From: Hyaloraphidium curvatum SAG 235-1
Taxonomy: Eukaryota; Fungi; Monoblepharomycota
NCBI GenBank assembly: GCA_025558095.1
Contig: JAIVFI010000019.1
Span: 124,001-188,000 of the forward strand
DNA: 64,000 nucleotides
Direction: 5' to 3'
Positions 31,615-42,112 of this stretch are shown in pieces; position 1 is the stretch's first letter; each line of letters opens with the position of its first letter. Under the pieces are notes generated by a model, which did no database searches, was not told the origin of the DNA, and saw nothing but the letters and a program-made list of their open reading frames with translations. The position numbers and the translations under genes are program-made.

Positions 31615-33754
31615 TCAAGGACGGTGAGCCAGGAGCCGGCAGCAGGGATCCGGTTGACGTGGAGGCGGCCTTGGCCTGGGGGGAGCCGGGCTTGCGAACG
31701 GCCGCCTTGGCCTTCCGTTCCGCTTTGGCGGATTTGACGTCGATTTGCTGATACGGCTTGGCAACCTTGTCCGGGTTTGTCCCTGCCACATCCTCCACGG
31801 GACGGCCCTTGCCTGCGTGCTTGGGGCCTGGGGCCATCGTAGGATCACCAACCGCGGATGCCCCAGCGGCCTCATCGGCCGTGTGCATGTCTTCGCTTGG
31901 TGCCTCCGAGTTCGAACCATCGCCCTCAGCAGAGGCTTCGGAGGCGGCGTCGTTTCCAACCGAGGCCTCAGAGCCGGTGGCATCCTCCTCCATCGCAGAT
32001 TCCGTGCCCTCCATTGCGGGAGCAGCAAGCTCCAGATCCTCCAGCGCGGTATTGGCTGCAACCTGCTGTGCAGCACTGCTGATGGCGTTCTCAGCGGCCA
32101 GCTGGTCGGCACCACCCATGTCCTCGTCCCCATCCTTGTCAGCCGGCTCCAAAATGGGAAGACCATGGAAATCCATCTTTTCGGCGGCGTCAGACTCCCC
32201 CCAATCGACCGAAGCACCGGCACCACCACCACCGAGTGCCGAAAACCTGTTGTGGGACGCCTTGGCCACTGGCTGGGCAAGAGCTGGGGGCGCAGAGCCT
32301 GCGCGCTTGCCGGACGGCCCAGCTGTAAGCCACTCGTCGGCCGCAGGGGCGGTGGGGGAAGCCAGATGCGGAGGAACGACCTCTTCCCTCAGGGGGGGCA
32401 GCCGCGGGGTCGTGGCGGGCTCCACCATTGGGGGAGAGAGCCGTACGTTGGCCGGGTTGTGAATGCAGTCCGCCTCGTGCGCACGGCGTGCTTGCGGGCT
32501 GGCAAAGGCGCCGGGATTCATGCGGTTGAGACCGTCTGGGCAGTAAGCACAGTTGGTGCACGTGGCATCGTCACCGACGTGGCCGCCCGTGCGCTTGCAG
32601 TGGCCGCACTGTCCGTTGCTACTGTCATAGCGGACAGCTGGGCGAAGGAACTTGTGCTGGAGGAGCGTCCCCCACGAGTCAAGGAAGCAGTACGAGGGTG
32701 GGCCAATGCGTGCTGCGCGGTCAAAGAAGGCATCAACCCCGCACTGCGAGACGTCGAAAGTGACCCGCCAGAAGGCGTTGCTGTCGGTGCCCGAGATGGG
32801 AGCCGCTTCAATGACTTGGCAAGGGGCCCCATAGTGGTTCTGGAAAGTCGCGTAGAGGCGGGCCCACCAGTCCGGGCACTCGTACACCGAACCAGGGACG
32901 ATCATGGGCCCGATCTTGAGCTCGGCGTGCGTGTCCTTGAAGACAGGGTGGATGCGCAGCCGACGCGTCGGGCCGTTTGGGAACTTGACCTCCAGCACCC
33001 CCTGCTCCACCAAGGCGTTGATAGCGTCTGCCCCGTCGACAGCACCAACAACACAGAAGAGGTCCAGTCGCGAGTAACGCGGGTTGTAGCCTCGCGTCTC
33101 GGTCGTGAAGACGGTGGTGGGGAAGGTCGCCTTCGCCACGGCTTCAGCGACGACGCGCCGTCGGTCCTTTGGCACACCGTTGAGGTCGATGAGGCAGTGG
33201 GGGACAGGCCCAATGAAGGCCGGCGTGTAGCCCCGACCGTTGGCGTGCGGTTGCACCCGATCGATGAGCTTGGCGTAGTTGGTGGGCGCCGAGAAAGGCA
33301 TGGCAGAAGCCAGATGCTCCGCCATCGCGCCGTCCGTGACACGAACAATCGGGCGGTCGGGCGAGGTGCGCGACGTTGCTGCGGCGAAAGAGCGAGACCC
33401 CAGGCGCGTGGCGGGGGCGGTTGCTTTCGGGAGACGATTCTGCTGAGCCGGCTCCTCCCGGGCGCCGCCGTTGGCGGACGCGGGGCGGATTTCAGTGGTC
33501 GATTCAGCAGCGTCCTCCTTAGAACCTGTCAGCTGAGCCGTAGCACCAGCGGGGGCCGGCGCGGGCTCCTCTGCCGCGCCAGGGAGGCGAGGAGAGGCAG
33601 CGACGCCGGGAGCGTGGGAAGAGTGGACGGGATTCGCAAGCGCCTCCGAGGAGGCCGCGGCGAGCGCAGGGGAGACCTTGCCATCAGGCAGGACCACGGG
33701 AGCGGCCGCATCATTGGGCCCCTGCCCTGTGTCAGGGGGGTCCATTAGTTGCAT
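31607..33754 (-). CDS. Retrotransposon ORF1, gag-like nucleic-acid-binding protein
   Basis: Intronless frame open to 33856; CGHCKRTGGHVGDDATCTNCAYC zinc-knuckle-like cluster; acidic/disordered tail; co-oriented upstream of the RT ORF. Confidence 0.75.
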   Translation of the reverse strand: MQLMDPPDTGQGPNDAAAPVVLPDGKVSPALAAASSEALANPVHSSHAPGVAASPRLPGAAEEPAPAPAGATAQLTGSKEDAAESTTEIRPASANGGAREEPAQQNRLPKATAPATRLGSRSFAAATSRTSPDRPIVRVTDGAMAEHLASAMPFSAPTNYAKLIDRVQPHANGRGYTPAFIGPVPHCLIDLNGVPKDRRRVVAEAVAKATFPTTVFTTETRGYNPRYSRLDLFCVVGAVDGADAINALVEQGVLEVKFPNGPTRRLRIHPVFKDTHAELKIGPMIVPGSVYECPDWWARLYATFQNHYGAPCQVIEAAPISGTDSNAFWRVTFDVSQCGVDAFFDRAARIGPPSYCFLDSWGTLLQHKFLRPAVRYDSSNGQCGHCKRTGGHVGDDATCTNCAYCPDGLNRMNPGAFASPQARRAHEADCIHNPANVRLSPPMVEPATTPRLPPLREEVVPPHLASPTAPAADEWLTAGPSGKRAGSAPPALAQPVAKASHNRFSALGGGGAGASVDWGESDAAEKMDFHGLPILEPADKDGDEDMGGADQLAAENAISSAAQQVAANTALEDLELAAPAMEGTESAMEEDATGSEASVGNDAASEASAEGDGSNSEAPSEDMHTADEAAGASAVGDPTMAPGPKHAGKGRPVEDVAGTNPDKVAKPYQQIDVKSAKAERKAKAAVRKPGSPQAKAASTSTGSLLPAPGSPSLNA

Positions 33755-33969
33755 CTGCCGAGACGGGCGTTCATGGGACGTCTCAGAGCCGGCGCTGAGA
33801 CGCGCTGTGCCGGTCCCTTCGAGGTCAAAAGGAGCGCGCGGCGAAGCTTCGGGCACGACCGACGTACTGTCCTTTCACATTCCACCTTTCACCTTAAGTG
33901 CCTGTGAGTGACACCCTCGGCTGGTCTCAGTTCTACGACTGACATCCTTCCCTCCAGGCCACCGGTGAA

Positions 33970-34629
33970 ATGGCCTCGAGGACCGCCGCCATCGCCGCCT
34001 CCGCCGCCATCCTCCTCTGCTTCATCGCCTCCGCCAACGCTTCCGCCATCCCCGTCTCGCCCGATATCCGCAACTACATCCTGAACACCACCCGCGTGCC
34101 CGCCAACTCCACGTTTGCCGAGCCCGCCGGCGCCGCCCAGCTCCGCGACCTCCTCAACAAGACCGCCGCGGCCGGCACCTACGGCGACCGCTCCTCCTTC
34201 CTCGACGGTCTCGCGTCCGACATCTTCTTCGGCGTGCAGGAAGCCAAGGGCCGCTGCGTCTGGGGCCTCAACTGCGGCTCCAAGTGCGGCTGGACGGGCT
34301 ACGGCGCCCCCGCCGACTCGCCCGCTTCCTACGGCGGCGAGCATCCGCAGTGGACCGACGACCTCGACCTCGCCTGCGTCCGCCACGACCGGTGCCTCCA
34401 GCAGGAGCGCTGGGACGAGGCCGGCACCTACTGCCTCGCGCCGGGGATGCAGGGGATGGTGTGCCACTGCGAGCGCGAGCTGCGCGACACGGCCAGGGGG
34501 ATCTACGAGAGGGAGAAGGGGTGCCCGTGGTGGAACATCTTCTGCGTGGAGAGCGACAGGGTCGCGGCCGCGCTGGCCATCTACCAGGCCATCGGGCAGC
34601 GCGCATACTGCGGCAGCTGCGACTACTAA
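33970..34629 (+). CDS. Secreted phospholipase A2-like protein
   Basis: Signal peptide; CVWGLNCG (Ca-loop-like); DDLDLACVRHDRC His-Asp motif; Cys-rich. Confidence 0.78.
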   Translation: MASRTAAIAASAAILLCFIASANASAIPVSPDIRNYILNTTRVPANSTFAEPAGAAQLRDLLNKTAAAGTYGDRSSFLDGLASDIFFGVQEAKGRCVWGLNCGSKCGWTGYGAPADSPASYGGEHPQWTDDLDLACVRHDRCLQQERWDEAGTYCLAPGMQGMVCHCERELRDTARGIYEREKGCPWWNIFCVESDRVAAALAIYQAIGQRAYCGSCDY

Positions 34630-35252
34630 GAACGCACACTTCGTCGGATGGAAACCGGTTCAAGAGCTTCCTTTTGCACATGTATTCATATTGAGCTTCA
34701 CGTTGCCACTTGCTCCCAACATAGATCATTCGCGCCAAATGTGCCGCCCAACATAGTCAGAGTCAGAGATGCGGTCCGAAACAAGACGGGAGCACGATCA
34801 TCGGACGAGACTCGGAGGTTGATGATGGCGATGACATCCATCTTTGTTTATGGATCGTCGTCAGGATCCCAGTGGGGGCCTGCGCTTTGCCATGCGGCCG
34901 AAGGCATGGGCACTGGCGGACCGGGACCCGGAGAGCAAGCCGATCGCGTGACGCAGGTCTTCGCATACAACGGGTTTGCCACATTCGAGGAGAAGCTGCA
35001 GGCCGGGATGAGGATGATCGGATCGAAGCAGATGCAAGGAAAGCGAGGTAATGGGCTCCTTAAACTTGTACATTTCACGGTGTTCTCCCCCCCTGGTGAT
35101 GCGGTGACAATGATCGTGAGAAATCACTCAGCAGGAAACTAAGTTGAAGTGCCTGCGGACGGGATCGCGGGACATCAGCGGCGGCGGGACCGGGCGCGTG
35201 CGGCTACACAACAAACCTCGGAACGCTCGAAGCACCGCGGGCATCCCGGCAT

Positions 35253-35764
35253 TTAGGGCGGCGAGGGGCACGACGCCCCGCCTAGCGCGAGCACGTTGAA
35301 GTCCGGGTGCGAGATCGCGACGGTGCACGAGTCGGTGCAGCCGCAGGACTTGGGTGCGACGAGGCTGTAGGTCGCGTACGTGTAGCCCGCGCACGCCGCG
35401 GCGCAGGTCTCGGCTGTGTGGTCCGTGCCGGGCGTGGGCACGCCGCCCGGGCACACGCGGCCCGGGCAGCTGTTGTAGGCCGGGGCGTAGCGGCGGTACA
35501 GGTGCTTGTTGCCGGCGTAAGCGACGCACGCCACGTGGCCGTCGGGGGTGCCGGGGACCGCGAGCTCGCTGCAATCAGACTATCAGAGCTGGGCAAGGGC
35601 ATGGCCGGGATGCGGGCGCACCAGAACTCGGCCGCGTCGCACTCCGCACAGGAGCGGCGGAAAACGGGGACGGCCGCACTTGCGGGCGCGGCAGCGGCAC
35701 CGACGACCAGGAGCAGCAGTGCGGCTGCCAGGGAAAGCAGTGGGGCAAATGCGGGGCGCGGCAT
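35253..35764 (-). CDS. Small secreted Cys-rich protein with a WSC-like motif, one intron
   Basis: Signal MPRPAFAPLLSLAAALLLLVVGAAA; TAETCAAACAGYTYA...CGC. Confidence 0.65.
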
Positions 35765-36149
35765 CGTTGTGACGGGTACTTCGGCCGAGCGGACAAGGGA
35801 TAGTAGCGGTAGGCCTTTCGGCTGGTGTGTATTTCGGCCCGAGAGGGGGTTCAGCCCGCAGCGCCGCCATTTCAAGGATCGCCCGCAACCCGATCGGAGA
35901 CGGCCTTTTCCACGCCACGTAGCGAACCGGAGGTTCGGTGATTATCAGCATCTGGCTGCCATGATCTCGCGAGCAGGTCGATGGGACCAAGTCGGTTGCG
36001 AGGGGGCGTTTCGGGTCCGTCCCTGATTGTGCAGTGGTGTGGAGACGGGTCCAGCCCGCCCCGCATTCTTGCCGGACAGGCGCTTGCAGGCGTTTCTAAG
36101 GCGTTGATTGCATCCTAGTAGGTGGCACAGGCAGCAGAATGGGTTCTCG

Positions 36150-36470
36150 GCCTCTGCTGGCCGGCCCGAAGGCGCAAAGGATCCTGATGTCCTGGTGGGC
36201 GAGGCGCCTCTGCACGCCGTCACGCACGACGGGCCACGCTTCGCGGGCTGCATAAAGCTCCTGATGGCGCACGGTGCCGATCTAAACGCGCTGGACGACA
36301 ACCGCCGCTGGCGTGCGCGGCGCACGAGAACTGCGCCAAACGTCGCGCGGGTGCTCCTGGATTGGGGCGGATCCGGACCTGGCGGACTACCGGGGGAGGT
36401 TGCCGATCCACAAGACTTCCCACTCCGGGATTCGGAAGATGCTGAAGGAGGCGTCCAAGGCCAGTGGTAG
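36150..36470 (+). pseudogene. Frameshifted ankyrin-repeat remnant
   Basis: PLHAV...CIKLLMAHGADLNALDD in one frame, continuing as GADPDLADYRGRLPIHK in another; no clear start. Confidence 0.55.
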
Positions 36471-36714
36471 TGATAGGGGCGAGGAGGTTGACCGAAGTAT
36501 ATGGCGCAATGTAATCTCTTTCTTGGTGGTCAATGGGAGATCCGTCGATCAATGGAGTCGTCTTATTGGATTGGGAGCTGCCTGCAGATGGTCGGGGAAA
36601 GCTGGGGAAGCGTCTTCGACAGGACACCCCGCCTCCACTGTCTCCCGCCCCCGTCTTTCGCCAACACAGATTCCCGCCACCGCCTCCCCCGGATCCGGCC
36701 ATCCCGCCGCCGCC

Positions 36715-37987
36715 ATGGCCGCCATGACCGAAATGCGCGTCGATGCGCTTGACGCGATGCGACAAATGGCCGAAGCGGCGCCGCCTCTGCTGCCGCCGCT
36801 GGGCGAGCGAGAGAAGCGGCTGTTCGCGGCGGCGGCATCGGGCGACGCCGGCGCGGTGCGCGCGCTCCTCGCGGACGGCGCCGACCCGAACGCGCGGCAG
36901 CCGAGCACGCGCATCTCCGTGCTGTCGGCCGCCGCGGACGTCGGCAACGGGGACGCGGTGCGGGCGCTGCTCGAGACGCGGGCAAACAACGGCAAGGGCA
37001 AGGGCAAGGTGCCGCCCGTCCTGCTGCGCCTGCGGGACGTGCGCGGCCGCACGGCGCTGCACGTCGCGGCAGAGGCCGGCCACGTCGCCATCGCACGGAT
37101 GCTCGTGGAGGCGTGGGAGGCGGCAGACGACGAGCCCGAGGAGGGCCAGCCGGCGCCCGAGCTGGACCTGGTCGACGAGCAGGACACCGAGGGCCGCACG
37201 GCGCTGATGCTCGCAGCTAGGGCGCCGGCGGACCACGTCGTCCAGATCACGCAGTACTTGCTCGACCCGGAGGGCGGAAATGCGGCGGTCAACATGACAG
37301 ACGCCGACGGCCGTACGGTGGGCTCCCTCCCCGCGATCTCGCCGATCTTCGAGCTGATCGCCGTCCTCCGCTGGTCCACGTTCACGACAGGCCCTCATGT
37401 TTGCCGCCGAGCGCGGCATCGACGCCCTCGCCGACCTGTACCTCTCCCACCCCGGCACCGACGCCGCCAAGCAGGCCAAGGGCGGCTTCACCGCCGCCGT
37501 CATGGCCGCCGTGCACGGGCACCCCGACCTGGCGCGGAAGCTGATGGCGGTGCAGAAGGCGCAGGAGGCCGAGAACGAGGCGGCCAAGAGAGCGGAGAAC
37601 GTCGGGGAGGCCAAGGGCAAGTCCAAGAAGGCGAAAAAGGCGGCGCCGCCGGCGGAGGAACCCGCTGTGGCCGCAGATCAGCCGTCGGCGACGGCGGAGG
37701 TGGTCAGGGTCGAGGCCGCCAGCGGGCACGGGCACCTCCCTCACTCGCGCCGCACGCTCCGGCTCATCTCGGCCGCGCTGGGCGCGCAGGACGCCGGATC
37801 CGCGGCCGAGCGCAAGGCGGCGCGGATCCGGGCCGCGGTGCGGGAGGCCCGCGCGGTCGCCGCCGCCGTGGCGGGGGACTTTGGCTGGGAGGGCAAGGGG
37901 GAGGTGGTCGCCGTGGAGGAGATGCCGGGGAGGGGGTTGGAAGCAGGGGCGGACGGGTTGGAGGTTGCCGTCACGTTGGCGTTCTAA
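36715..37987 (+). CDS. Ankyrin repeat protein, one intron
   Basis: VRALLADGADPNAR, GRTALHVAAEAGH, GRTALMLAA, GFTAAVMAAVHGH. Confidence 0.88.
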
Positions 37988-38048
37988 TCCGGATACAGTA
38001 GCTGAGGAGCAGCTCGATCACCAGGCAGATAAATGAAGAGGGGAAGGT

Positions 38049-38435
38049 TCACTTGTCTCCCCCGACCTTGACGACCACTTCCCACGCGTCCGATGGCTCC
38101 GCATCCGTCTCCCACGGCCTCCTCTGCTCGAGCCTCAGCGTCCCCTCGCCGTGCCCCGTGACCGTGAACGGCAGCGTCTCCCAGTGCTTCCCGCCCGTGA
38201 ACCCCGGCTTCCCCTGCGCCTCGGTCGTCCTGCCCGTCAGCTTCTCGCCCTCCTTCAGGAACTCCGGCACCTTGACCGCGGACCACACGTAGCCCGCCGT
38301 CGGGATCCCGACGAGCTGCACGGCAAAGGTGGAGCCGCGCGCGGGGGAGACGGTGGTCCCCGCGTCGGCGGTGGTGAGGAGCAGCGACGCGCCGGGCGGC
38401 GCGGGAGGCGCGACGGGCGCCGGGGGAGGGGCCAT
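38049..38435 (-). CDS. Chagasin family (I42) cysteine peptidase inhibitor
   Basis: The three loop motifs: GIPTAGYVW (NPTTGYxW-like), GFTGG and RRPWE. Confidence 0.85.
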   Translation of the reverse strand: MAPPPAPVAPPAPPGASLLLTTADAGTTVSPARGSTFAVQLVGIPTAGYVWSAVKVPEFLKEGEKLTGRTTEAQGKPGFTGGKHWETLPFTVTGHGEGTLRLEQRRPWETDAEPSDAWEVVVKVGGDK

Positions 38436-38601
38436 TGGCCGAGTGCTCGTCGATGCGGTAGCGTTCCGCTTTACGCAGCCGGGATTCGGGGCCGCGGGGG
38501 CCGTGGCGTTTGCACTGCTCGCGGGGAGAACCGCGATCGCGTCGGACGAGGCGTCGGATTGAGTCGCGCAGAGTCCCGGCTTTCGAAATACAGCGTCGCA
38601 T

Positions 38602-39384
38602 CTACTTCGCTGCGATGGCCTTCTGGATGACCGAGTCGAGCATCTTCGGGGGCGTCGAGGTCCCGTACCTCTCGATGACCTTCACGGAGCTGATCAGTCA
38701 AGTGCCGGGACAGGAGGAACACGACTTACCTTGCCGTCCTTTCCCACCAGGAACTTCTCGAACTGTCGAGCAGAGGGCAATCAGCCCTGCGGTGCGCGGG
38801 CACCGGCCGGATCGGGACCCACGTTCCACTTCAGGTCCCCCGACGACATCATGGGCTTCTTCTGCGCCTTGAGATTCACGTACTGTCCGGCCACGTCAAC
38901 ATTCCCTCGCGAATTGTGGTCGGAGCGACTGACCAGCGGCTCCGCGTTGGGTCCGTTGACCTCCACCTTGCGCATGATCCGGAACTTGGCATTGTAATGG
39001 GAGGTCACGAACCGCACGATTTCCTGAAGGATGGACGCATCGTCAAGGCGTGCGGCGCTCCGCTGCCGGCTGCTCCCCGTGCCTGTTCGCTACCGGGCTC
39101 CTTCTTGCCGAAGGAGTTGCACGGGAACGCGAGGATTTCCAGCTGCCCGGCAAACTTCTCGTGGATGGCCTGCAGCTCGGGATATTGGGCGGCCGCAAAG
39201 TTGTCGTCGGAGGCAACGCTGGGCAGGGGGGAATCTGAGCGGTCGGAGCGGCGGCGTCGCCACCGCCCGCGCACTTCACGACGAGTGTGACCTTCCCGCG
39301 CAGGCTCTCCGTGCTGAAAGGCTGCCCGAGGGCGTCCACGAGGGAGAAGCCGTGGAAGGCGGCGGCCAGGCCGGACTTGCTCAT
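38602..39384 (-). CDS. Glutathione peroxidase family protein lacking the peroxidatic Cys, multi-exon
   Basis: Spliced product LRGKVTLVVNVASDDNF..QYPEL, ILAFPCNSFGKKEPG, KVEVNG, KWNFEKFLVGKDGKVIERY. Confidence 0.88.
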
Positions 39385-39701
39385 TTCTGTGGCGCTTTTG
39401 TCGTGCGCGGGCGGAAGGTGGCCTTGCGCGAAGCTTTTGGGTTTCGGGGCGCAGCAACTACCCACGTGGTCCCGAACCCGCATGCAATCTTGTTGGACCA
39501 GCAAAGAGGGTGACAGGACTCTGCTGGGCGAGCTTTCGACGTCTCTGAATGTACTCTCGGATTCCGAAAGCGCAGAGGTTGCCGCGACTCGCCACTCGTT
39601 CCTCCACGGAGCTTTGCGTATCGCCGTGCGGTCCCTTCAAAGGGAACCGCTTTCCCTCCGCACCGTCAAATACAACAGGTCTCGGTGGAAACTCGATTGA
39701 T

Positions 39702-41635
39702 TCATTGGCTCTTTGACTTAGATCCCATCCCTGCAATGACCCCATGCACCCCGTCGCCCTCCTCGTGGTGCTCGATGTGGTCCAACCTCCGGCGGAACGC
39801 GCCCTCCGGATCGCGCGGCGGCAGCGCCGACACGGCCTTTTCCACCGCCTTTTTCTCCCTCCCGCCCTCCTTGGCGAGCCGTACGAGCTCGCGGATCTCC
39901 TCCTCCAGGAAATCGACGAGCATCCGCGCGTCCCCCGCGGCGTACAGGGCCGAGGGAGGCGCCGAGGGGTCGAGGTCGATGAGGATGCCGGCGGTCGTGT
40001 GGTCGTAGAGGGAGAGGATGGCGATGCCGATCTCGCCCGCGACGTTGCAGACCACCGGAGCTGCCGGACGGGGCGGTCAACGGCATTCCGGTCTCGCATG
40101 GGACGTGGGGCGGACCCACCGTACTGGTCGAACGGAACAGCGGCCCAGGACAGATTCGTCTTGGAGCCGGGAACGTTGGTTACTGTCCCGGTGAGAGAGT
40201 TCAGGTACGAGTTGCTCATGCTGTGAACGAGTTGGCGCGCTGTCAGCAACACGGGGTTGACGACGAGCCCAGTCGCGACTTACTCAATGCGCGGGAACAA
40301 CCAGGGGAACGCCATGACGATGGGGAACAAGGCACTCTTGTACGTGTAAGGTTCCCAAGATTTCTGAAAATCCGGCCGGTCAGCAAACGGATGAGCTCCT
40401 CCATCCGACCGACCCGCCTTGAAGAGCTGCATCCTCGTCGCCACCCCATGCAGCCTGTCCATCCTGTCCTTGTACCCCGTCCCGACGGGCAGCAGCCACC
40501 CCGACGACTGGTTCGACAGCGAAAAGTCCTCCGGCTTCCTGATCGACGTCGGGATTAGGAAGATCCTCTCCCGCTCCCGCGGATGCGCGGCGCCCTTGGC
40601 CGCGAGGTACCGGTCCACGGCCGCGGTCGCCGCGGTGACCATGAGGTCGTTGATGGTCACGCCCAGGGCGTTCTTGGCCGCGCGGAGGGCGTCGAGCGGG
40701 ATCTTGGCAGAGTAGGCGTACTGCTTGGCCTTCAGGCCCTTCGGGGGAGGGCGGAGGGAGCGCTTGGGGAGCGCACGGAACAGGAGGTAGAGGAGGGTGC
40801 CCAGGTGGAGCGCAATACCGACGAGGGCTTGGTACGCGTAGGAGAGCAGGGCGAGCAGGACGTGCAGCAGCGCGAGGAGGGCGTTGGGAGGAGAAGGGCG
40901 CTTTTCTTCTGCGCCAGCGAGAAAGCGGCCCGCCGAGTACTGAAAGGAAGATTAGTGAGGCAACATCGAGGCGACGCGACGTCAGAGACAGACCTGCATG
41001 GCTTCGAGCGAGTGCACGTCGGCCTCGGCCCCCTCCTTCAGGTCGCCGTTCTCGTCCAACGAAGCCACGTAGCGCAGGAGGTAGCGCAGGAACCCCTGCC
41101 CGTCGGCCAGCGCGTGGTGCGACATCCAGTAGATCGCCGACTTGCTCCCTCCATCGACGCCTTCGAGGAAGAAGCATTTCCAAGGGGAATGCTCGAAGCC
41201 GAGGTGGCGAGACTGCAGCTTGCCGACAATCTCTTCGATTTCGGGCTTGCCGCCCGGCGCGGGGACGTGCACGAGCTCGAAGTGGTCGTGCGGATCAAAG
41301 TCCTCTTCGATTTCGAAGAACGGCCTCCCGAGCCTCGACTTGTCGTTGAGCACGATGCGTGAAATCATCCTTCCCTTGGCCGTCATGGCGTAATCGCGCA
41401 CGCATTTGAGCGCGACGGCCGGGTCCAGTCGGCCTTGAAAGGTGTAGAGCCCGGCGACGAAGAATGAGTGCTCATTATCTTCGCCGTACAGCATGCCGCA
41501 ATCCAGAGGAGTGAGGTACGAGACCCGGTTCAGGTCCGTGCCGTCGTGCCAACTGGAGAAGCGGTCAAGCAGCGAGGGTCGCGCGTGGCGGTCCGGATGA
41601 GGCGGGCCGCCCGCTGCTGGAGACTTCCGTGCCAT
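39702..41635 (-). CDS. Wax ester synthase / diacylglycerol acyltransferase (WS/DGAT), multi-exon
   Basis: HSPWKCFFLEG, catalytic HHALADG, GVTINDL, VTNVPGS. Confidence 0.88.
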
Positions 41636-42112
41636 GCTTGACGTGACTACGTGTGCAAGAGTTGCGATAGGAGGGTAAAGCGGTCCAGATGAGACCCAGA
41701 TGGGCGCTTGGTGCGAGCCGGAGTTTCCCGGAGCGTCCCGGACGCGCGGGGCAAACAGCGAGCACCTGCAGCGGCGGCGCGCCTCGGAAACCCGCAAACG
41801 CAGCGGAAAGAGCACTGATTGGCGGCCAACTGCTTTTCTGGCCGCGGCGACTCGCCGAAGCCGTGAGGGGCGCGTGTGAGTCAGTGGGGCGTCGCGTCCC
41901 TCGGAGCCGGCCAGGCGGCCGACCGCGCCGCGCAACATCCGGGAGACGCGATAAACAGACCCCGCCGTTGCCGGCGCATGAAGGCTGCTCGGCCCTCTTT
42001 TCAAACCATCGGCTCCCCAATCGTATTCAAGCCTGTTCCGATTCTCCCCGCGATTCGCATCGCGCCCGCCTCTCTTCGCGCGTTCCGCCGCGCCGACGTG
42101 GTGCCCTCGACC

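Larger units (their letters stand above)
26800..33900 (-). mobile_element. Non-LTR retrotransposon, RLE-type (CRE/SLACS/MoTeR-like), multi-ORF; ends approximate
   Basis: Intronless RT + CCHC + restriction-like endonuclease ORF preceded by a zinc-knuckle ORF1; no LTRs, TSD or poly(A) seen. Confidence 0.88.

Noticed and set aside
30770-32360. PPPPY and PTAP late-domain-like motifs in the retroelement ORFs
   Set aside because: Four- to five-residue motifs are expected by chance in Pro/Ala-rich disordered sequence, and non-LTR elements are not known to bud
26400-33905. Target-site duplication, LTRs, poly(A) tail or a telomere/snRNA target at the element ends
   Set aside because: No convincing direct repeat or recognisable target found by eye; the ends remain approximate
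39203-39205. Possible selenocysteine codon in the GPx homolog
   Set aside because: The codon is GAC (Asp), not TGA
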